A DNA stretch of 64,000 nt, from assembly GCA_963422395.1 (NCBI GenBank), contig OY729431.1, forward strand, positions 384,001 through 448,000, written 5' to 3'. The DNA comes from Vicinamibacteria bacterium (GTDB lineage Bacteria > Acidobacteriota > Vicinamibacteria > Marinacidobacterales > Marinacidobacteraceae). This document shows, in pieces, positions 38,602-46,092 of this stretch. The notes under the pieces were generated by a model that saw nothing but the letters and a program-made list of their open reading frames with translations, ran no database searches and had not been told where the DNA came from. The translations under genes were made by a program, and so were the position numbers. Positions within the stretch are counted from its first letter, which is position 1, and every line of letters begins with the position of its first letter.

Positions 38602-39147
38602 TTGGGAGCGCACCGGGCCGCCCCGGGATACACGGTGTTCGGGCAGGAGCCGAGCTCCCGGGCCGGTCATCCGGCGGTCCCGGACAGCGAAAGAAGCGGG
38701 TCGCGGCCAGCCGCGGTCTGGGTGATCCGTGCCGACGGCGGGAAGTACACCGACCGTTTCGTCGCCGGCGGCTTTGCGGCGGTCGGAGGTGCGTTGGATA
38801 TTTCTTCCTGTGCGAGCCGCGCCGAGATCCGGCACTGCTACGAGCGGGCGTATCCGGAGGCGAGCCCCGCCCAGGTCGGTAGCGCCCTGGGCAACTTCGC
38901 CGCGTTTCTTCTCGAGATGCGCGAGGGCGATCATGTGATCACGCCGACCGCCGACCGGGGCTCGCTGCGCTATGGCTGCATCGCCGGACCTCCGGTGTTC
39001 GTCCGGGGGGATGACGGCTGTCCGCATCGGACGGAACCGCCGAGCCGTTTCGTGGGACCCGGCCCCGCTCCTCCGGTCCGCTTTCCCCGAATCGCTGCAG
39101 AACACCCTCGGCTCGACGAGAGCGGTCTTCCGCATCCAGCACCCTGA
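38602..39147 (+). pseudogene. Mrr-N-terminal-like domain; 5' part of a frameshifted DUF262 fusion gene
   Basis: VWVIRA.GG.Y..F, YERAYP, EMREGDHVITP, DDGCPHR; the similarity continues (NRRAVSW..LQNTLGS..VF.I) in the next frame after CGGACGGA at 39028-39035; true start uncertain. Confidence 0.65.
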
Positions 39148-40408
39148 GCCGTTCCTGGAAACGATCGGGGGAACCATCGGGGAGGTTCGATTGTCGACGG
39201 CGGAAGAAACGGCGCTTCCCGGCCGACGGCCGGCACCAGCAGCCGTCGCCGCGGCAGGCGATCCGCAAGGGCCGGAACCGGACCTCCCCGAGAAGCCCGA
39301 GGTGGGAGTGGGGGCCGCAGAGGAAGACGGCGTCGAAACCGAGCGGGGGGACGAGGGCGTGGACGAGCATCCGTTCGATCCTTCGAAGATCAGAGTCCGC
39401 ACCGTTTCCGTGGTCGTGGAGCAGTTGATCTCCCGCATCCACCACCAGGAGATCGATCTGGCCCCGGACTTCCAGCGGATGGCCGGAATCTGGACCGCGG
39501 AACAGAAGAGCCGCCTCATCGAGTCGCTGCTGCTGCGTATCCCGATCCCGGTTTTCTATGTGGCCGCCGATGCCGACGAGAACTGGGCGGTGGTCGACGG
39601 GGTCCAGCGGATTTCCACGATCTATGACTATGCGAAAGGCGAGTTCCCGTTGACCCGGCTCGAATACCGCCGGGAGCTGATCGGCAAGCACCATGAAGAG
39701 CTGCCGCGGCCGATGCAGCGCCGGATCAGCGAGACGCAGATGGTCGTGAATGTCATCGAGCCCGGCACCCCGCCGGAGGTGATGTTCAACATCTTTCGCC
39801 GGATCAACACCGGAGGGATGGCGCTCAACGGCCAGGAGATCCGACACGCGCTCCACCGCGGCCCGGTTCGGGATTACCTGAAACAGCTGGCCGTCTCCGA
39901 AGCGTTCCGAAGAGCGACGGACGGGTCGGTGAAGCCGGATCGGATGAAGGACCGGGAATGCGTCCTTCGATTCCTCGCCTTCCATCTCCAGCGGTGGGAG
40001 GACTACTCCGCTCAGTCGATCGATAGTCACCTTTCGGCGACGATGAAGGCGATCAACACCATGTCGTCCTCCAGGAGAGATGAAATCGCGGCGGACTTCG
40101 ACCGCGCCATGGAGGCTGCGTTCGGGATCTTCGGAGAACGCGCCTTCAGAAGAATGACCAGGAAGGCCATTCGCCGCCGTCCTGTCAACATGCCTCTGCT
40201 CGAGGCGTGGTCGGTGCAACTGGCGCGCTGTTCGGACGCTGCGCTGCGCCGTCTCGAGGCCCGCCGCGATGAGGTGAATGCCCGGTTCGAAGCTCTGCTG
40301 AGGCAGGATGCGGAATTCGAGAAGGCGATCTCTTCGTCCACCGGCACCCGGAAGCGGATCCGGACCCGCTTCGCCGCCATCCGCGACCTGGTGGAGGAAC
40401 TCGTCTGA
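39011..40408 (+). CDS. DUF262 (ParB/Srx-like) protein, Menshen NsnA-like
   Basis: LAPDFQR..W, SRLIESLLLRIPIP.FY, VVDGVQR, IFRRINTGG..LNGQEIR; in-frame ATG at 39011 (ORF opens at 38972). Confidence 0.88.
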   Translation: MTAVRIGRNRRAVSWDPAPLLRSAFPESLQNTLGSTRAVFRIQHPEPFLETIGGTIGEVRLSTAEETALPGRRPAPAAVAAAGDPQGPEPDLPEKPEVGVGAAEEDGVETERGDEGVDEHPFDPSKIRVRTVSVVVEQLISRIHHQEIDLAPDFQRMAGIWTAEQKSRLIESLLLRIPIPVFYVAADADENWAVVDGVQRISTIYDYAKGEFPLTRLEYRRELIGKHHEELPRPMQRRISETQMVVNVIEPGTPPEVMFNIFRRINTGGMALNGQEIRHALHRGPVRDYLKQLAVSEAFRRATDGSVKPDRMKDRECVLRFLAFHLQRWEDYSAQSIDSHLSATMKAINTMSSSRRDEIAADFDRAMEAAFGIFGERAFRRMTRKAIRRRPVNMPLLEAWSVQLARCSDAALRRLEARRDEVNARFEALLRQDAEFEKAISSSTGTRKRIRTRFAAIRDLVEELV

Positions 40409-41532
40409 TGCTGCGCGGGCTCGGAATCACGAACTTCAAGTGCTTCGCGGAGCTCGACCTCCGCTGCGCGCCGCTGAACCTCCTCTGCGGTCTGAACGGG
40501 ATGGGCAAGAGCAGCGTCATCCAGGCGCTGCTGGTGTTGCGGCAGTCGTTTCAGTCGGGCCACCTCCAGAAAGGGCGGCTGGTGCTCGGCGGCGGCCTGG
40601 TGGACCTCGGGGCAGGCGCCGATGTCCTGTTCGAGGACGCCCCCGAGGAGGAGATCGGGTTCCGGCTCGGGTTCGTCGAACCCACTGTTTCCTGGCAACG
40701 ATCCTTTCGCTATTCGCGCACCGGCGATCAGCTGGCTCCCGTCGAGGCCGCCGAGGGGGCTGGCGAGGGGGTGCCGGAGGTGTTGGCGGTCTTCCCGCCG
40801 TACGGCGGGCGCCTCGCCCATGTCCCGGCGGAGCGGGTCGGGCCGCAGAAGTTCTACCCGCTGTCGAAGATCGCGGCCGAACGGGGCGAGTTCGGGGAAC
40901 GAGGCGAGCTCGCCTGGAATCTGCTCAGCGAGCGCCAGGACGAGCAGCTGCTGGTGGACGATCCGCGCCGCGGCGGCGCCCCCGGGCGACGGTTGGCGGA
41001 CATCCTGGACCACTGGCTGCAAGATGTGAGCCCCGGCGCGCATCTGGGGCTTCGCTCCCTGACCGACGCCGATGCGGTGATCGCCGGTTTCTCCTTCGAT
41101 CGTCCGGGCGATGTCCCGACGCGCCGGTTTCGCGCCACGAATGTCGGTTTCGGGCTCTCGTACGCGGTGCCGGTCGTGCTGGCTCTCCTCTCTCCCGCCG
41201 GCACGCTCTGCCTGATAGAGAATCCGGAGGCGCATCTCCATCCGCGCGGACAGACGAAGCTCGCGGAGCTCGCGGCCCGTGCGGCGCTCGCGGGCGTGCA
41301 GGTGTTCGCCGAGACCCACAGCGATCACTTTCTGGACGGAGTGCGGATCGCTGTTCGGAACGGCCTGATCACGCCTGCTGAAATCGCGGTCCACTACTTC
41401 GAGCGCGACGGTGGACGCACGATGGTCTCCTCGCCGGAAATCGATCCCGACGGACGCCTGTCCCACTGGCCGAACGGCTTCTTCGACCAGCACGAGGAAA
41501 ACCTGGCGCGATTGCTGGCGCCCCGAACCTGA
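40408..41532 (+). CDS. ABC-type ATPase with C-terminal DUF3696, Menshen NsnB-like
   Basis: NFKCF, GLNGMGKSS, NVGFGLSY, IENPEAHLHP, ETHSDH, DGRLSHWPNGFFDQ; TGATG coupling. Confidence 0.88.
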   Translation: MLRGLGITNFKCFAELDLRCAPLNLLCGLNGMGKSSVIQALLVLRQSFQSGHLQKGRLVLGGGLVDLGAGADVLFEDAPEEEIGFRLGFVEPTVSWQRSFRYSRTGDQLAPVEAAEGAGEGVPEVLAVFPPYGGRLAHVPAERVGPQKFYPLSKIAAERGEFGERGELAWNLLSERQDEQLLVDDPRRGGAPGRRLADILDHWLQDVSPGAHLGLRSLTDADAVIAGFSFDRPGDVPTRRFRATNVGFGLSYAVPVVLALLSPAGTLCLIENPEAHLHPRGQTKLAELAARAALAGVQVFAETHSDHFLDGVRIAVRNGLITPAEIAVHYFERDGGRTMVSSPEIDPDGRLSHWPNGFFDQHEENLARLLAPRT

Positions 41533-41548
41533 CTTCTGTGGACCTGGC

Positions 41549-42490
41549 TTGCGGGAGCTCGTCCTGAACCACGCGAGCCTGCGGGCTTGCGGGTTCCCCG
41601 AGGCGGCGGCCCTGCTGCCGGATCTGGTGGTCGGGATGGCGGAGCTCGTCCGTAATCGGGCAGCGCAGTCCGTGCTGCGGATGGTCCGCTCGGTCTCGGA
41701 GATTCGATTGCAGGGCGGAGAGTCGCTGTGGGACGCCTTTCTCGAAATGAAGCGGCAGGGGGCGCGGGATCAGTACGTCTTTCTCATGCGGCTCGGCCAG
41801 AAGGCGCCGCTGCTGAACGGTCTCGCCCCGGCAGTCACTGCTCGATTCCGGTCGTGCGAGGCAAAGAGGTTGCCGCCAGAGGACGGCGAGTCCCTTCTCC
41901 TCTGCGCGCTCACCGACTCGATTGCGGTCAGTTTGCCGTCGGAGCCCGACTGGGATCACGACCGCCTCGGGGTGCAGTTCCACGAGCTGTTGTCCGACGC
42001 GAGCATCGGCGATGCCGAGGAGGAGATCGACAATCTCGCCCGGTCTGGACATGCGAGCTGCATCGTCGAACGCTGGCGCGGGCAGTGCCGACGAAGTTGC
42101 GCAAGCCCTGCCGAGCTGTGGGGCCGCCGGGGGGAACTCTTTCCGCATCTGCTCTTCGGACCCGATGTGGAAGACCAGCTCGCCGAGCTGAACGCCGGCT
42201 GGTTACAGACCGTCCTCAACCGGCTGGGGGCACTCGACGAAGCGGCGGAGGCGTGGGCACTGTCTGACGGCGCCGCGCCGCGGTGGAGGTGCAAAGTGAC
42301 GCCCGAGAGCGACCGGGTGATGGGAAACCCGAAACTCCGGGAGGCGAGGTCCTTTCGGTCGGTCGGCGGAGAGCGGTTGCCGTTCGGTTGGCATGCGCGC
42401 TTCGGCAGCGGCGGCCGCATCCATCTGCGGTTCGACGCCGGCACGCGGGAGATCGAGATCGGCTACCTCGGACGGCATCTCCCGCTGTGA
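41549..42490 (+). CDS. Putative effector, Menshen NsnC-like (possible RelE-like C-terminal nuclease)
   Basis: ELVLNHAS start; C-terminal VTPES..R.F..WHARF..GRIH..IEIGYLGRHLP; third gene of the triad; TTG start inferred. Confidence 0.68.
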   Translation: MRELVLNHASLRACGFPEAAALLPDLVVGMAELVRNRAAQSVLRMVRSVSEIRLQGGESLWDAFLEMKRQGARDQYVFLMRLGQKAPLLNGLAPAVTARFRSCEAKRLPPEDGESLLLCALTDSIAVSLPSEPDWDHDRLGVQFHELLSDASIGDAEEEIDNLARSGHASCIVERWRGQCRRSCASPAELWGRRGELFPHLLFGPDVEDQLAELNAGWLQTVLNRLGALDEAAEAWALSDGAAPRWRCKVTPESDRVMGNPKLREARSFRSVGGERLPFGWHARFGSGGRIHLRFDAGTREIEIGYLGRHLPL

Positions 42491-42620
42491 GCGCGGCGTG
42501 CGGCGTTCCGCAGAGCAGGCGGCGGGCGCACTGCTGGATTTCGGAGGAGGGTGTCCGGCGTCCGTGCCCGTCTCCCGGAGGTTCCGGGCCTGACGAAGGA
42601 CCCTGCGGAACCCCGGCGGG

Positions 42621-43799
42621 ATGCCCGAGAGAATGATCCGTCCGTTCCGGTGGGACTCCGGGAATCGGGTGCTCCATCTGCTCGACCAGCGCCGGCTGCC
42701 CCGCGAGGAGGTCTGGATCACCTGTCGGGAGGCAGCAGAGGTCGCCCGGGCGATCCGCGAGCTGGTCGTCCGCGGCGCCCCCGCCATCGGGATCGCCGCC
42801 GCCTACGCGGTGGTGCTCGGCTTCGCCCGCAGCTCCCGAAGCTCGCCCTCGGATCCAGGGCATCCCGTTGGGAAGGAGCTTCCGGCGGGCGAGCCGGCCT
42901 CGTCGGCCCGGTTCGATCGTTTCCTTCCGTTCGAGCGGTTCGAGAACCTCGCCGCTGCGCTGGAAAAGACCCGCCCCACTGCGGTCAACCTCGCCTTCGC
43001 GCTGGGCCGGATGCGCGTCCGGCTCGGCTCGCTGCGAAAGGCGCCCCCCGAAGCGGCATCCCCGGAAGGAGTCCTCCCGGAAATCGTTGCCGAACTCGAA
43101 GCGGAAGCAGACCGGATCGCCGCCGAAGACCTCGCGGCGAACCGGCGGCTCGGCGCGCTCGGCGCGGGCCTGCTCCCCGGAGGGCCGGGTCCGGCGCGCA
43201 TCCTCACCCACTGCAACGCCGGCGCGCTCGCTACCTCGGGCTACGGGACCGCGCTGGGCATCGTCCGGGCCGCCGCCGCTTTCGGCCGCCAGGTCGAGGT
43301 GTTCGCTCCCGAGACTCGGCCGTTCCTGCAAGGCGCGCGGCTCACCGCCTGGGAGCTCCTGGCCGACCGCATCCCGGTGACCCTGATGGCCGACGGTGCC
43401 GTTGGGTCCCTGTTCGCCTCGAGAAGACTCGACGCGGTGATCGTGGGCGCCGACCGGATCGCCCGAAACGGCGACACTGCGAACAAGATCGGCACCTATC
43501 CGGCGGCCGTCCTCGCCCAGGAGCACGGTGTCCCGTTCCTGGTCGCGGCGCCCTTTTCCAGCGTGGACCTCGAAACGCCGACCGGAGCGGAGATCCCCAT
43601 CGAGGAGCGGCCTGCCGAGGAGGTCACCGAGATTTCGGGGAAGCCGATCGCGCCCGCCGGCGTACCGGTCTGGAATCCCGTCTTCGACATCACCCCGGCC
43701 CGCTTCCTGACCGCCATCGTGACGGAGCGCGGCATCGCCCGCCCGCCGTTCTCCGTGTCTCTCGCATCGCTCGCCCGCCTCGCATCGCGGGACCGTTGA
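42621..43799 (+). CDS. mtnA: S-methyl-5-thioribose-1-phosphate isomerase
   Basis: LLDQRRLP, VRGAPAIG, TRPTAVNL, ILTHCNAGALAT.GYGTALG, ETRPFLQGARLTAWEL, NGDTANKIGTY, NPVFDITP. Confidence 0.95.
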   Translation: MPERMIRPFRWDSGNRVLHLLDQRRLPREEVWITCREAAEVARAIRELVVRGAPAIGIAAAYAVVLGFARSSRSSPSDPGHPVGKELPAGEPASSARFDRFLPFERFENLAAALEKTRPTAVNLAFALGRMRVRLGSLRKAPPEAASPEGVLPEIVAELEAEADRIAAEDLAANRRLGALGAGLLPGGPGPARILTHCNAGALATSGYGTALGIVRAAAAFGRQVEVFAPETRPFLQGARLTAWELLADRIPVTLMADGAVGSLFASRRLDAVIVGADRIARNGDTANKIGTYPAAVLAQEHGVPFLVAAPFSSVDLETPTGAEIPIEERPAEEVTEISGKPIAPAGVPVWNPVFDITPARFLTAIVTERGIARPPFSVSLASLARLASRDR

Positions 43800-43844
43800 C
43801 CGCCGCTTGGCGCCGCGCGGTCGTAATCTGCGGTCCGCCGAGGG

Positions 43845-44243
43845 CTACCGAGTCAGTTCGCAGCCCGTGTCCCGGCAGCTCAGCAGCGGTTCTCCGGCGC
43901 AGACCTCATGGGAACCGAAGCGGAGTACGGCTTCCTCGTCCTGGTGCCATCGGACCTCGAGGGAATGTCGAGTGGCTTGCGCGAAAGTTTCGATCCGCCA
44001 CCCATCGAGGCTGAGGTCGAGGACGGCTGATCGTCCCAGCGGACAGTTGCCGCCCCCCTTGCAGGTCGGGAGTGAAGGAAGCCCTTCGGTTTCCCGCCCG
44101 GCCGACACCTGGATCGGGCGCAGCGAGAGGAGATCGTCCACCTCCGGAAGAGCATGCATCTTCACGAGATCCTCGTGCGCGAGGATTTCGATCAGCGTAT
44201 AGGCCCAGAGGAAGTATTCCCCGGGGGGAAGGCCCTCTCCCAT
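43845..44243 (-). CDS. Hypothetical protein or 3' gene fragment
   Basis: Frame reads MGEGLPPGEYFLWAY.. with protein-like composition and fills the mtnA-SprT gap. Confidence 0.35.
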   Translation of the reverse strand: MGEGLPPGEYFLWAYTLIEILAHEDLVKMHALPEVDDLLSLRPIQVSAGRETEGLPSLPTCKGGGNCPLGRSAVLDLSLDGWRIETFAQATRHSLEVRWHQDEEAVLRFGSHEVCAGEPLLSCRDTGCELTR

Positions 44244-44273
44244 GCGAACCCCCGTCCGTAGAATCCCTCGTCC

Positions 44274-44978
44274 GTGAGGCGCTCCCGTCCGCCGGCGATC
44301 GGTCCCGACTTCCTCGGCGGCTCGTTTCCGCCCGGCAGCCGGGTGTCCTTCGCCTACGGGGGCCGGCGGATCGAGGGGACGGTAATGGCGCTTTCGCGCC
44401 GCGGCGCTTCGGTCGCCGGGGATGGCGAGCACTGGAACGTGCCCTATCCCGCGCTCCAGCGCGGCGGCGGGTCTCCGAAACCCCGCTGCACTCTGGCCGT
44501 AGCGGAAGCGCTCGGGCGCCGGCTGATCCGCCGCCACACCGGAGCCGACCTCCTGGCTCCGGGATGGAGGTTCGGTTTCGACTTCGCTCTCTCCCGCGCC
44601 GGTGTCTGCCGCTACCGGGAAAAGCGGATCGAGCTCTCGGTCAACTACTGCCTCCGCGCCGCGCCGGAAGATGTCGAGGACACGATCCTCCACGAGATCG
44701 CCCACGCCTTGGTCGGCCCGGAGCACGACCACGACGAGGTCTGGCGCGCCGCCGCCCGCCTGCTCGGGAGTACCGGCGAGCGCTGTCACCGAACGCCGCC
44801 AACACTCCCTCGATGGCTCGGCGTCTGCCCCTGCGGCCAGCGCTGGACGCGCCAGCGATTGAGCCGGAGGATCCGCAGCGGGAGGTGTGCATCCTGCGAC
44901 GGTCCGATCACCTGGAGACGCAACGACGCGTCGGCTCCCGCCCCGTGCTCGCCGAGCACGACTCCGCCCGGAACCTGA
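44274..44978 (+). CDS. SprT-like metalloprotease with zinc ribbon
   Basis: W.F.FD..RAGVCRY..IELS, DTILHEIAHAL..HD.VW, CPCG..CASC. Confidence 0.85.
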   Translation: MRRSRPPAIGPDFLGGSFPPGSRVSFAYGGRRIEGTVMALSRRGASVAGDGEHWNVPYPALQRGGGSPKPRCTLAVAEALGRRLIRRHTGADLLAPGWRFGFDFALSRAGVCRYREKRIELSVNYCLRAAPEDVEDTILHEIAHALVGPEHDHDEVWRAAARLLGSTGERCHRTPPTLPRWLGVCPCGQRWTRQRLSRRIRSGRCASCDGPITWRRNDASAPAPCSPSTTPPGT

Positions 44979-45012
44979 GGTTCCCGCGATCCCGGCGAGA
45001 ATCCATCCCCTC

Positions 45013-46092
45013 ATGCGGATCCTCGGAATCGAGACCTCCTGCGACGAGACTTCGGCGGCGGTCGTGGCAGACGGCCGGCGCATCCTCTCGAACGTGGTGT
45101 CCTCGCAGGGGGCGTCCCACGCGCCCTTCGGCGGAGTAGTGCCCGAGATCGCCTCGCGGCAACACCTCGTCCACCTCGGCCCCGTCGTGCGGCAGGCGCT
45201 CGCCGAAGCCGAAGCCTCCGTTTCGGACCTCGAAGCGGTCGCGGTCACGAAGGGGCCGGGCCTCATCGGCGCGCTGCTCGCGGGGGTGTCCTTCGCCAAG
45301 GCGTTCGCCTTCGTCCGCGGGTTGCCGCTCGTGGGGGTGGACCACCTCGAAGGCCACATCCGCGCCTGCTACCTGGAGAGCGGCGAGATCCCCCACCCGG
45401 CGCTCGCCCTCGTGGTTTCCGGCGGCCACACCAGCCTCTTCCTCATCGAGAGCGAAGGGGAGTACCGCCTCCTCGGCAAGACCCGCGACGACGCCGCCGG
45501 CGAGGCGTACGACAAGCTCTCCAAGCGGCTCGGCCTCGGGTATCCCGGCGGCCCGGTGCTCGACCGGCTGGCGCGGCGGGCCCAGGAACGGCGGGGGGAT
45601 CCGCGCCGCCGCCGCTTCTCGCTGCCGCACTTCTCCGACGGCGCCCGGCTCGATTTCAGCTTCTCCGGTCTCAAGACCCAGGTGCTCCGGGCGATCGAGC
45701 AACGCGGCATGGAACCGCTCCGCCCGGGTGAGGATCCCGAAACGCGCGAAGACATCGGCGACCTCGCCGCCGGCTTCCAATCCGCGGTGGTGCGTGCGCT
45801 CGCCCGCTCGGTCGAGCGCGCGCTCGAGGCGGTCGAAGCGAAGGCGGTGCTGCTCTCCGGCGGGGTCGCGGCGAACTCCGCCCTCCGCGAGCGTTTCCGT
45901 GCCCTCGGCGAAGCGCGCGGGCTGCCGGTGTTCACCCCGAGTGTCGCGCTCTCCACCGACAACGCCGCGATGATCGCTGCCGCCGGATGGCTCGCCTTCC
46001 GGCGGGGGGAAACAGCGGATGCCGAGCTGACCGCGAACACCGAACTCCGCCTCGGCGAATCCGGTTCGCGCCGCTCCTCCCGCCACCGGTGA
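45013..46092 (+). CDS. tsaD: tRNA N6-threonylcarbamoyltransferase subunit TsaD
   Basis: ILGIETSCDETSAAV, GGVVPEIASRQH, HLEGH, VSGGHT, DDAAGEAYDK, DFSFSGLKT, GGVAAN, TDNAAMIA. Confidence 0.97.
   Translation: MRILGIETSCDETSAAVVADGRRILSNVVSSQGASHAPFGGVVPEIASRQHLVHLGPVVRQALAEAEASVSDLEAVAVTKGPGLIGALLAGVSFAKAFAFVRGLPLVGVDHLEGHIRACYLESGEIPHPALALVVSGGHTSLFLIESEGEYRLLGKTRDDAAGEAYDKLSKRLGLGYPGGPVLDRLARRAQERRGDPRRRRFSLPHFSDGARLDFSFSGLKTQVLRAIEQRGMEPLRPGEDPETREDIGDLAAGFQSAVVRALARSVERALEAVEAKAVLLSGGVAANSALRERFRALGEARGLPVFTPSVALSTDNAAMIAAAGWLAFRRGETADAELTANTELRLGESGSRRSSRHR

Noticed and set aside
39011-39028. MTAVRI start resembling the MTAVRV start of the DUF4276 gene
   Set aside because: Similarity covers only six codons with different synonymous bases; treated as coincidence
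43908-44030. Short ORF MGTEAEYG resembling a PafA/Dop N-terminus
   Set aside because: Stops after 40 codons with no further similarity; it is the antisense of the more protein-like minus-strand frame
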